Shown piece after piece: positions 13,301-23,344 of a stretch of 64,000 nucleotides of DNA; within the stretch, counting starts at the first letter, position 1; every line of letters starts with the position of its first letter. The stretch spans positions 1 through 64,000 of the forward strand of contig JAPMXV010000042.1 of the NCBI GenBank assembly GCA_026936335.1. Direction: 5' to 3'. The DNA is from Mantamonas sphyraenae STR306 (taxonomy: Eukaryota; Protista; CRuMs). Under the pieces are notes generated by a model. It was not told the DNA's origin. It searched no databases and was given only the letters and a program-made list of their open reading frames with translations. Position numbers and translations under genes: made by a program.

Positions 13301-16300
13301 ATACACTCGCTGCAAACGGCACTCTGTATGCATTCTTCCCCGGCTTTGGCGACCCGCCTGCCCAGCTCCCACTCAACACTTCCAAGCCCGTCGTCGACGT
13401 CGTCACCTTCACCACTGGCCTGTGTGTGCTGGTCGGTGGCACAAAGCGACATGCCGAGTGTGGCGTCTACGACTCGGTGAATCTTCCTGTCAACGTCAAC
13501 CAACGCCCCGTGGGTCCCGACTTTATCAAGGGCAGCGCTGTGTCGGGCCCACTGGTCAAGGTGCCGCTGACCCGTCCCCTGGTGGGCATCTATGCACGCG
13601 AGGAGCCATTTGTGCCTGCCAGCGCCTTGAAGGGCAAGTACCTGTTCTGCGCCCGAGACCTGTTTGGGGGTCTGCAATGCATGGGCGACTCGCCTGGCAA
13701 TGGCTTCTACCCGTTCTCCACTGGCACTTTGGGCAGCGACTACGGGGCGCGTGAAGAGCCAGCCGTGCTCACTGCCTGCTCCGAGGGTCGCGAAGGCAGC
13801 ACATGCACCCGCTGCGTCGCTGGCACACACAGCGTCATCACACGTGGCCGCAGCGTGTGCCAAGACTGTCCCCCGGGCACCTTTGGTACCTTTCCTGGCC
13901 GTGCAACACAAGCCGAAGCCTGCTTCGAATGCCCGGCAGGTACATTCTCTCTGGAGGGGTCCACGTCGTGCACCAAGTGCCCTGTGGGCACGTATCGCCC
14001 GCTCGGTGGAGCCAATTGCACTGCCTGTCCTCTGGGCACCTTCTCTGCAATCGAGGGCGCCTCCAGCTGCAGCCCGTGCGCCCAGGGCACGTTCACAGCC
14101 ACAACGGGTGCCTTCACCTGCACCCTGTGCACTCTCGGCACCTACTCGAACCGCACCGGTACGGCCGTCGAATGCACTCCGTGTGCACCGGGCACCTACC
14201 AGGACGTTGAGGGCCAGTCTTCCTGCAAGGCCTGCCAGCCTGGCAGCTACCAGGCCCTGCCCGAGCAGGCGGCATGCGTCCAGTGTGCCCCTGGATCCCA
14301 CCAGCCAGCCGCAGGTGCCAACAATTGCTCCCTTCCGTGCCCTGCAGGCACCTTTTCTGCGTCGGGCGCACGCGAGTGCACCCCGTGCCAAGAGCGCGAG
14401 TACAACAACCAGCCTGGACAGTCAACCTGCTTCCTCTGCGCACCCGGCACCTTTAGCGACACCACGGGGCTTACTCGTTGCAAGGACTGCAGTCCAGGAC
14501 TCTTTGCGTCCACCAACGGCTCGTTGTCCTGCACTCCGTGTGCGCGCGGCAGCTACGCGTCGTCCGCTGCGGCCACAACCTGTGTCGAGTGCGCAGCTGG
14601 CACGGTGCAGCCCTCACTTGCATCCACCACATGTGCATCATGCACGTCAGGCACCTATCAGCCACTTCCTGGACAAGCCAGCTGCATTGACTGCTCCCCT
14701 GGGCGCTACAGCAATGTCACTGGCGCGTCCGCGTGTGACAGCCCGTGTGCTGCAGGGACCTTTAGCACAGGGCGTGCTCTGTCGTGCACCGCGTGTCCGG
14801 TCGGACAGTTCTCTGGTGTTGGCCGTGCTGCGTGTGCGGCATGCCTCGATGGCGAAACCAATGCCGTCAACAGCAGTGCTTGCGTGCCGTGTCCTGTGGG
14901 CGAGTTTGGCGTCAGTGGAACCTGCAGGGCCTGTGATCAGACACAGGGTCTGTACAACCCGTCGCCTGGAGCCACCAGTTGCCGCACGTGCCCAGCCAAC
15001 AGCGAGAGCACGGGCATCGGCTGCCGATGCTTGGCCGACTTTTACTCGCTCCTGGGTGCCACACAAGAGTGCATTGCGTGTCCACGCCAAGCAACGTGCT
15101 TTGGTGGCGCAGGGGGATCCAGTAGCATCCGCGCCAAGGATGGCTTCTTTCAGGACCCGGCCGATCCGACCAAGTTTGTGACGTGCAGCACGGCGTGCAG
15201 CAGTGCATCGTCCACAGGCTGTGTGTCTGGTCACACGGGTCTGCTATGTGCCAAGTGCATCACAGGGTACGGCAAGATCAGCGGTACATGTGTCCAATGT
15301 GGTGACCAATGGCTTCAGATTCTAGGTCTGATCCTTTCCGTCGTGCTGATTGTGGCTTACATCGTTGTCCTGGTGAAAAACTCTCTCAAAACCAAGAAGA
15401 TCTCTGGTATTGCACTGAAGTTGTTGCTGAACCACCTGCAGATGCTTGCCTTTGCCTCTGATCTGCCCCTGGGCTTCCCAACCTCCATCCGCGACTTTCT
15501 CAGCGCCTCTCAGGTCAGCACGGCGGACCCTACAGGTTACTCCCTCGAGTGCAGCGCCCAGCTGGACTTTGTCGGCCAGTACACAGTCACTCTGCTCCTG
15601 CCCGTGTTTGCCGCGGTCCTTGGCGTCCTCCTCGCCATCGGTCAGTTTGTCTCCCGCACCATGGGCAAGAACTGGCTTGGCGAGAATGCCGACGTCCTGC
15701 CCATCTCCAACTTCTGGCTCAACATCCGCCGCTTCACTGTCACCACCATCTTTCTCATCCACCCCATTGTCACCAAGCGGGCCTTTTCCGTCTACGAGTG
15801 TGTCGAGCTCCAGGGCGCGATGCGCATGAAGGCCGACCTTGCCGTGGTCTGTGGCGAGTCTCTGCACACCGAGCTCGTCGTCGTCTCCTCCCTGGTGATT
15901 GTCTTTTTCAGCTTTGGATGGCCCGTGTTTCTCTTCTTTGTGCTGCGCAAGCATCATGCAAACCCCAGCAGCACGACCATCAATGCGTACACCTTTCTCT
16001 CTGACGGGTTCAAGCCCGAGCTCTACTTCTGGGAGATGTTGGTCATCCTGCGCAAGCTGCTCTTTGTCCTGGCCATTGTGTTTGGCTCGGGGGACACCTT
16101 CAACACGACGGTGACCACGATGATCATTGTACAGGCTGCGCTGCTTGGCCATGCGCTGTTTTCACCGTACATGCGTGTGAAGCTCAACTGGATGGAGTTA
16201 GGATCGCTGGTCGTGGTGTTTACCAACCAAGCGCTTGGCCTGTACTTTCTGACCGACAAGCTGCGAGTCGAGTCTGGTCAAACCACCCTCATGGACACGG

Positions 16301-16680
16301 CAACTAGCATCACCCTGACCATCATTCTGTTTGCCGCCAACATTGGCCTGCTGCTCTTCTTCGTCTACGTTGCCCTCACCGACAAAACCAAAGCCTCCCG
16401 GTGGCGCTCCACAAAGATTGCATCGCTCACAACCTTTGTCAAACAATCCTCAATGGGTAATTTGGTCCAGCGCATGTCTCGTGGAAGCTCGTCGAGCATC
16501 GTTACAACACCTCGCGCAGAGACACAGGCTGTTCCTTCATCCAAGCCGTACCCCATGCCTGACCGGCCTGCAGAATCACCAAAGGAGCAATCACAGTCCA
16601 CTCCAGTACGCCCTCTGGTTCTCCCAGCTCTGAAACGGCTTCCTTCGCAACCTTCCACAGAAGTCGCCGGGAATCAATAG
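10351..16680 (+). CDS. Receptor paralogue A (~2065 aa): signal peptide, CUB-like domain, RCC1/BLIP-II propeller repeats, TNFR/GCC2-GCC3-like Cys repeats, multipass TM domain
   Basis: MQHLRIQYIFFLVLVPHALA signal. RCC1 motifs CWG.N, CFGANSNGQLGTGD. Many CxxCPxGT(F/Y) repeats. TM region LKLLLNHLQM...YFWEMLVILRKL. Intron 11152-11283. Confidence 0.9.
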   Translation: MQHLRIQYIFFLVLVPHALAASTADYTLTSVRGTLNISAPVFQNTTILINPSAPHSVISLWLKPVLCDPSGNISATIYDGTSSNPPLFQIRQLRSHASPSSHTGPSPLHKPHPSPSSIRVSPTPITRAHHLVATTSSGAWLALACAGSCTNASLVLHYEALDLQHRNSRTATSFLRTCTISHTGSIFCWGLNRADDPFFGNPASPTGFLGIADTSPTVNVDPARELQRVAIDPALTVHSVHAAAHGFTAGEQQLLCALADNGTKIIWVSTSLSTHPPIHPHSHTHTLTPAPTHAPPPPLHPTLYPHPPPPQWGASLYNQFSSTASAQLVSSDFLTPFTVSPAGRRIVQLKLLGNTLEYALVLALYDDGVIRYWGKHYYSPGGNPTDIQHAAEVPFPTNIHVVKFDAAVSTSGSKPGFFSLCAIDTQGDVYCYGYNKYSNLIFRESDYSRFHETYDRINDVIPPTPAKQQGGSPVVDIAMWGNSAGTMVVYADGHVRNYGQQLYDGNSVRSNSDFPDPAVQPPVPYLSDFNVSSVVCDHIKFDHFNYPDLPQESVPTCQDATSAGTACESISYHCCFRGRTTGASVDTARCAGLNIYGETGTAYSRLSMTVNRTSTQPARVADLPLEGGWEVADVFVGPGMSCVQLKHSTVQVICFGLNIYYAAGLLTQREITSVADLSPVPAFRERTLIDVCAGSLHVCAIYEQSFVSGSQRLVKCFGANSNGQLGTGDSFTHGQSASSMGNNLPSVQLPPGEVPVALRCTGDTTCLLAQSGRIYCWGNGRHTGVPAYANRPAVGLLPSDMGANMRPVALPANNLAYNASLFGCSSSFCCVAARNASGPNIFCWGRGEYLGTLQGWYDIQLAVAAGKTATSAGKYYPRTTDSHVPRAEVNITQGDEPARLHVTENFACVRLVSTKLWCWGQNHDSTKSWFYPLLLDRVAAFMPPGSMNSPLGTFAIEVPSGMVDSTATGMFRSKSGAAAAATGYTLAANGTLYAFFPGFGDPPAQLPLNTSKPVVDVVTFTTGLCVLVGGTKRHAECGVYDSVNLPVNVNQRPVGPDFIKGSAVSGPLVKVPLTRPLVGIYAREEPFVPASALKGKYLFCARDLFGGLQCMGDSPGNGFYPFSTGTLGSDYGAREEPAVLTACSEGREGSTCTRCVAGTHSVITRGRSVCQDCPPGTFGTFPGRATQAEACFECPAGTFSLEGSTSCTKCPVGTYRPLGGANCTACPLGTFSAIEGASSCSPCAQGTFTATTGAFTCTLCTLGTYSNRTGTAVECTPCAPGTYQDVEGQSSCKACQPGSYQALPEQAACVQCAPGSHQPAAGANNCSLPCPAGTFSASGARECTPCQEREYNNQPGQSTCFLCAPGTFSDTTGLTRCKDCSPGLFASTNGSLSCTPCARGSYASSAAATTCVECAAGTVQPSLASTTCASCTSGTYQPLPGQASCIDCSPGRYSNVTGASACDSPCAAGTFSTGRALSCTACPVGQFSGVGRAACAACLDGETNAVNSSACVPCPVGEFGVSGTCRACDQTQGLYNPSPGATSCRTCPANSESTGIGCRCLADFYSLLGATQECIACPRQATCFGGAGGSSSIRAKDGFFQDPADPTKFVTCSTACSSASSTGCVSGHTGLLCAKCITGYGKISGTCVQCGDQWLQILGLILSVVLIVAYIVVLVKNSLKTKKISGIALKLLLNHLQMLAFASDLPLGFPTSIRDFLSASQVSTADPTGYSLECSAQLDFVGQYTVTLLLPVFAAVLGVLLAIGQFVSRTMGKNWLGENADVLPISNFWLNIRRFTVTTIFLIHPIVTKRAFSVYECVELQGAMRMKADLAVVCGESLHTELVVVSSLVIVFFSFGWPVFLFFVLRKHHANPSSTTINAYTFLSDGFKPELYFWEMLVILRKLLFVLAIVFGSGDTFNTTVTTMIIVQAALLGHALFSPYMRVKLNWMELGSLVVVFTNQALGLYFLTDKLRVESGQTTLMDTATSITLTIILFAANIGLLLFFVYVALTDKTKASRWRSTKIASLTTFVKQSSMGNLVQRMSRGSSSSIVTTPRAETQAVPSSKPYPMPDRPAESPKEQSQSTPVRPLVLPALKRLPSQPSTEVAGNQ

Positions 16681-19600
16681 AAATCGGCGTTTCCAAAAAA
16701 GGAAGCGGTCACTCCATCGTTCCCCACATGCATCGTCACGCCACAAAAACTCGCCCAGTCCCATATACGGCCTCTAGCAGCCACATACAGAAACCACGGC
16801 CACAACCGATACAAGAACTGATGCATTCATCGCGTTGACTGCGCCAACACAACACTGAAACTCCTATGATCTCACACATGCCAAACGCAAAACGTGTTGT
16901 CACTGCTCTTATCCTTTTCTTCGCACTTGTAGCGACAGAAAACACTGCTCTTGCTGCCAGCACGGCAGACTACACCTTGACCAGCGTCCGCGGCACGCTC
17001 AACATTTCCGCACCCGTTTTCCAAAACACAACCATCCTCATCAACCCGTCTGCTCCACACTCCGTCATCTCACTGTGGCTCAAGCCGGTCCTGTGTGACC
17101 CCTCCGGTAACATCTCTGCCACCATCTACGACGGTACGTCAAGCAATCCGCCCCTGTTCCAAATACGGCAACTCCGCTCACACGCCTCCCCATCATCCCA
17201 CACAGGCCCTTCTCCGCTCCACAAGCCCCATCCCAGCCCCTCCTCAATCCGAGTCTCGCCCACACCCATCACCCGGGCCCACCATCTCGTCGCCACCACA
17301 TCCTCCGGGGCCTGGCTTGCGCTCGCCTGTGCGGGCTCCTGCACAAACGCCTCTCTCGTCCTCCACTACGAGGCCCTCGGTCTCCAACATCGCAACTCGC
17401 GCACTGCCACCAGTTTCTTGCGCACTTGTACGATCAGCCACACAGGCTCCATTTTCTGTTGGGGTCTCAACCGAGCCGCCGATCCGTTTTTCGGAAATCC
17501 GGCCAGCCCAACGGGCTTCCTCGGCATCGCCGACACCTCTCCCACCGTCAATGTCGACCCTGCACGTGAGCTGCAGCGCGTCGCCATTGACCCCGCTCTC
17601 ACTGTCCACTCGGTCCACGCTGCCGCACATGGCTTCACCGCCGGCGAACAGCAGCTCCTCTGCGCCCTTGCCGACAACGGCACCAAGATCATCTGGGTAA
17701 GCACCTCTCTCTCCACCCATCCACCCACACTCACACACTCACACACTCACACTCACGCCCCCGCTCCCACTCACCCCACTCCCTATCCCACCCCTCCACA
17801 CAGTGGGGAGCAAGTCTCTACAACCAGTTCTCGTCAACCGCGTCCGCCCAGCTCGTCAGCTCAGACTTCTTGACTCCATTCACCGTGACCCCCGCCGGCC
17901 GCCGCATCGTCCAACTCAAGCTCCTCGGCAACACCTTGGAGTACGCCCTCGTCCTTGCCCTCTACGACGATGGTGTCATCCGCTACTGGGGCAAGCACTA
18001 CTACTCTCCCGGGGGCAACCCCACAGACATCCAGCACGCTGCAGAAGTGCCCTTCCCCACAAACATCCACGTCGTCAAGTTTGACGCTGCAGTCAGCACC
18101 TCGGGTTCCAAGCCAGGCTTCTTCAGCCTCTGCGCCATCGACACCCAGGGCGATGTCTACTGCTACGGCTACAACAAGTACAGCAACCTCATCTTCCGCG
18201 AGAGCGACTACTCCCGCTTCCACGAGACCGACGACCGCATCAACGACGCCATTCCACCCACTCCGGCCAAGCAGCAAGGCGGTAGCCCCGTCGTCGACAT
18301 TGCCATGTGGGGCAACAGTGCAGGCACCATGGTCGTCTATGCAGATGGCCACGTGCGCAACTACGGCCAGCAGCTCTACGATGGCAACAGCGTGCGCTCC
18401 AACAGCGACTTTCCAGATCCGGCCGTCCAGCCGCCCGTCCCTTACCTCTCCGACTTCAACGTCTCCTCTGTTGTCTGTGACCACATCAAGTTTGATCACT
18501 TCAACTACCCGGATCTGCCCCAAGAGTCGGTCCCCACCTGCCAGGACGCCACCTCGGCGGGCACCGCTTGCGAGTCAATCTCGTACCACTGCTGCTTCCG
18601 TGGACGCACCACAGGCGCTTCTGTCGACACTGCCCGCTGCGCTGGTCTCAACATCTACGGCGAGACCGGCACGGCCTACTCGCGCCTCTCCATGACCGTC
18701 AACCGTACCAGCACACAGCCCGCACGCGTTGCCGATCTGCCTCTTGAAGGCGGCTGGGAAGTCGCCGACGTCTTTGTTGGCCCAGGCATGTCCTGTGTCC
18801 AGCTCAAGCACAGCACCGCCCAAGTCATCTGCTTCGGCCTCAACATCTACTACGCCGCCGGTCTGTTGACCCAACGCGAGATCACCTCCGTGGCCGACCT
18901 CTCGCCCGTCCCTGCCTTTCGCGAGCGCACCCTCATTGACGTCTGTGCAGGGTCCCTCCACGTCTGTGCCATCTACGAGCAGTCGTTTGTCTCGGGATCT
19001 CAAAGACTCGTCAAGTGCTTCGGTGCAAACAGCAACGGCCAGCTCGGCACCGGTGACTCCTTCACACACGGCCAGAGTGCAAGCTCCATGGGCAACAACC
19101 TGCCCAGTGTACAGTTGCCCCCGGGTGAGGTTCCTGTGGCTCTGCGCTGCACCGGTGATACCACCTGTCTCCTTGCACAGTCTGGTCGCATCTACTGCTG
19201 GGGCAACGGAAGACACACAGGCGTCCCTGCCTATGCCAATCGCCCAGCCGTGGGCCTCCTCCCGTCCGACATGGGCGCCAACATGCGCCCCGTCGCCCTT
19301 CCGGCCAACAATCTCGCCTACAACGCCTCTCTGTTTGGCTGCTCCTCCTCCTTCTGCTGCGTCGCCGCACGCAACGCCTCGGGGCCCAACATCTTCTGCT
19401 GGGGCCGCGGCGAGTACTTGGGCACCCTCCAGGGCTGGTACGACATCCAACTCGCGGTCGCTGCCGGCAAGACGGCCACCTCTGCAGGCAAGTACTACCC
19501 GCGCACAACAGATTCTCACGTCCCGCGCGCAGAGGTCAACATCACCCAGGGGGACGAACCCGCACGCTTGCATGTCACCGAAAACTTTGCCTGTGTACGA

Positions 19601-22600
19601 CTTGTCTCCACCAAGCTGTGGTGCTGGGGCCAGAACCACGACAGCACAAAGAGCTGGTTCTATCCGCTGCTGCTCGATCGCGTCGCGGCATTCATGCCCC
19701 CTGGCAGCATGAACTCCCCACTGGGCACCTTTGCCATCGAGGTCCCCTCTGGTATGGTTGATTCCACCGCCACAGGCATGTTCCGCAGCAAGTCGGGCGC
19801 TGCTGCCGCTGCCACGGGCTATACACTCGCTGCAAACGGCACTCTGTATGCATTCTTCCCTGGCTTTGGCGACCCGCCTGCCCAGCTCCCACTCAACACT
19901 TCCAAGCCCGTCGTCGACGTCGTCACCTTCACCACTGGCCTGTGTGTGCTGGTCGGTGGCACAAAGCGACATGCCGAGTGTGGCGTCTACGACTCGGTGA
20001 ATCTTCCTGTCAACGTCAACCAACGCCCCGTGGGTCCCGACTTTATCAAGGGCAGCGCTGTGTCGGGCCCACTGGTCAAGGTGCCGCTGACCCGTCCCTT
20101 GGTGGGCATCTATGCACGCGAGGAGCCATTTGTGCCTGCCAGCGCCTTGAAGGGCAAGTACCTGTTCTGCGCCCGAGACCTGTTTGGGGGTCTGCAATGC
20201 ATGGGCGACTCGCCTGGCAATGGCTTCTACCCGTTCTCCACTGGCACTTTGGGCAGCGACTACGGGGCGCGTGAAGAGCCAGCCGTGCTCACTGCATGCT
20301 CCGAGGGTCGCGAAGGCAGCACATGCACCCGCTGCGTCGCTGGCACACACAGCGTCATCACACGTGGCCGCAGCGTGTGCCAAGCCTGTCCCCCGGGCAC
20401 CTTTGGTACCTTTCCTGGCCGTGCAACACAAGCCGAAGCCTGCTTCGAATGCCCGGCAGGTACATTCTCTCTGGAGGGGTCCACGTCGTGCACCAAGTGC
20501 CCTGTGGGCACGTATCGCCCGCTCGGTGGAGCCAATTGCACTGCCTGTCCTCTGGGCACCTTCTCTGCAATCGAGGGCGCCTCCAGCTGTAGCCCGTGCG
20601 CCCAGGGCACGTTCACAGCCACAACGGGTGCCTTCACCTGCACCCTGTGCACTCTCGGCACCTACTCGAACCGCACCGGTACGGCCGTCGAATGCACTCC
20701 GTGTGCACCGGGCACCTACCAGGACGTTGAGGGCCAGTCTTCCTGCAAGGCCTGCCAGCCTGGCAGCTACCAGGCCCTGCCCGAGCAGGCGGCATGCGTC
20801 CAGTGTGCCCCTGGATCCCACCAGCCAGCCGCAGGTGCCAACAATTGCTCCCTTCCGTGCCCTGCAGGCACCTTTTCTGCGTCGGGCGCACGCGAGTGCA
20901 CCCCGTGCCAAGAGCGCGAGTACAACAACCAGCCTGGACAATCGACCTGCTTCCTCTGCGCACCCGGCACCTTTAGCGACACCACGGGGCTCACTCGCTG
21001 CAAGGACTGCAGTCCAGGACTCTTTGCGTCCACCAACGGCTCGTTGTCCTGCACTCCGTGTGCGCGCGGCAGCTACGCGTCGTCCGCTGCGGCCACAACC
21101 TGTGTCGAGTGCGCAGCTGGCACGGTGCAGCCCTCACTTGCATCCACCACATGTGCATCATGCACGTCAGGCACCTATCAGCCACTTCCTGGACAAGCCA
21201 GCTGCATTGACTGCTCCCCCGGGCGCTACAGCAATGTCACTGGCGCGTCCGCGTGTGACATCCCATGTGCTGCAGGGACCTTTAGCACAGGGCGTGCTCT
21301 GTCGTGCACCGCGTGTCCGGTCGGACAGTTCTCTGGTGTTGGCCGTGCTGCGTGTGCGGCATGCCTCGATGGCGAAACCAATGCCGTCAACAGCAGTGCT
21401 TGCGTGCCGTGTCCTGTGGGCGAGTTTGGCGTCAGTGGGGACCTGCAGGGCCTGTGATCAGACACAGGGTCTGTACAACCCGTCGCCTGGAGCCACCAGT
21501 TGCCGCACGTGCCCAGCCAACAGCGAGAGCACGGGCATCGGCTGCCGATGCTTGGCCGACTTTTACTCGCTCCTGGGTGCCACACAAGAGTGCATTGCGT
21601 GTCCACGCCAAGCAACGTGCTTTGGTGGCGCAGGGGGATCCAGTAGCATCCGCGCCAAGGATGGCTTCTTTCAGGACCCGGCCGATCCGACCAAGTTTGT
21701 GACGTGCAGCACGGCGTGCAGCAGTGCATCGTCCACAGGCTGTGTGGCTGGTCACACGGGTCTGCTATGTGCCAAGTGCATCACAGGGTACGGCAAGATC
21801 AGCGGTGCATGTGTCCAATGTGGTCCGCAGTGGATCCAGGTAATCGGCCTGGCGCTCGGCGTTCTCGCCGTCGTCTTCTACGTGCTCTTCTTTGTCAAAA
21901 AGTCGCTTCGCCGCAAGTCCAACTCTGGTATTGCACTGAAGTTGTTGCTGAACCACCTGCAGATGCTTGCCTTTGCCTCTGATCTGCCCCTGGGCTTCCC
22001 AACCTCCATCCGCGACTTTCTCAGCGCCTCTCAGGTCAGTACGGCGGACCCTACAGGTTACTCCCTCGAGTGCAGCGCCCAGCTGGACTTTGTCGGCCAG
22101 TACACAGTCACTCTGCTCCTGCCCGTGTTTGCCGCGGTCCTTGGCGTCCTCCTCGCCATCGGTCAGTTTGTCTCCCGCACCATGGGCAAGAACTGGCTCG
22201 GCGAGAATGCCGACGTCCTGCCCATCTCCAACTTCTGGCTCAACATCCGCCGCTTCACTGTCACCACCATCTTTCTCATCCACCCCATTGTCACCAAGCG
22301 GGCCTTTTCCGTCTACGAGTGTGTCGAGCTCCAGGGCGCGATGCGCATGAAGGCCGACCTTGCCGTGGTCTGTGGCGAGTCTCTGCACACCGAGCTCGTC
22401 GTCGTCTCCTCCCTGGTGATTGTCTTTTTCAGCTTTGGATGGCCCGTGTTTCTCTTCTTTGTGCTGCGCAAGCATCATGCAAACCCCAGCAGCACGACCA
22501 TCAATGCGTACACCTTTCTCTCTGACGGCTTCAAGCCCGAGCTCTACTTCTGGGAGATGTTGGTCATCCTGCGCAAGCTGCTCTTTGTCCTGGCCATTGT

Positions 22601-22822
22601 GTTTGGCTCGGGGGACACCTTCAACACGACGGTGACCACGATGATCATTGTACAGGCTGCGCTGCTTGGCCATGCGCTGTTTTCACCGTACATGCGTGTG
22701 AAGCTCAACTGGATGGAGCTGGGATCGCTGGTCGTGGTGTTTACCAACCAAGCGCTGGGCCTGTACTTTCTCACCGACAAGCTGCGAGTCGAGTCTGGTC
22801 AAACCACCCTCATGGACACGGC
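10405..22822 (+). repeat. Tandem segmental duplication (10405-16301 vs 16950-22822), period ~6.5 kb
   Basis: Side-by-side comparison shows only scattered substitutions, apart from the intron and the TM1 patch. Confidence 0.95.
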
Positions 22823-23291
22823 CACACGCACCATTCTGGTCATCCTCCTCTTCCTGCTCAACATCGGCCTGCTGCTGTATTTCGTCTACGTCTTCCGAAC
22901 CGACAAGACGTCTGCCGTCAACGTCAACAAACGAAAGTCTGCCCCGTCTTTTGTAGCCAACAAGGGGCTCGGCAACACCAACATCGAGGACAGCGTCGAT
23001 GAAGAAGACGACGATGGTCCGGTGTCGCCCCTCGTTTCGAGCAAGCGCACGCCCCACTCCGCCATCGAGCTCGACGCCATTGGCACCGCACACGAACCAC
23101 GCATCGTCCTCCACGAGACCTCAACGTCATCCGATGCCAAAGTTGTCGTCGTGTCCGACGCTGTCGAGGAAGAGGAAGACGATGAGCCTGAAGGCCCTCA
23201 AGCCAAAGACGACCATCCGCAATCTCCCTCCGAATCACACCCGTCCCAAACTCTCCCACCTCTGCCGTCCACGCCCAAGTCCGCCAGCTGA
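16866..23291 (+). CDS. Receptor paralogue B, tandem duplicate of A with a different signal peptide, TM1 and cytoplasmic tail
   Basis: Near-identical to A over most of 16950-22822. Intron 17697-17803. One extra base in the G run at ~21437 shifts the frame (likely an error). Confidence 0.88.
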
Positions 23292-23344
23292 TCTCTTTCC
23301 TCCACACCACCGCGCAACTCAGCTTCAAACAAAACAACTTCCAC

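Noticed and set aside
12061-20941. Long antisense or alternate-frame ORFs (776 aa, 788 aa, and others such as 47700-49490)
   Set aside because: These are shadow ORFs from high GC and codon bias opposite well-supported genes, with no motifs of their own.
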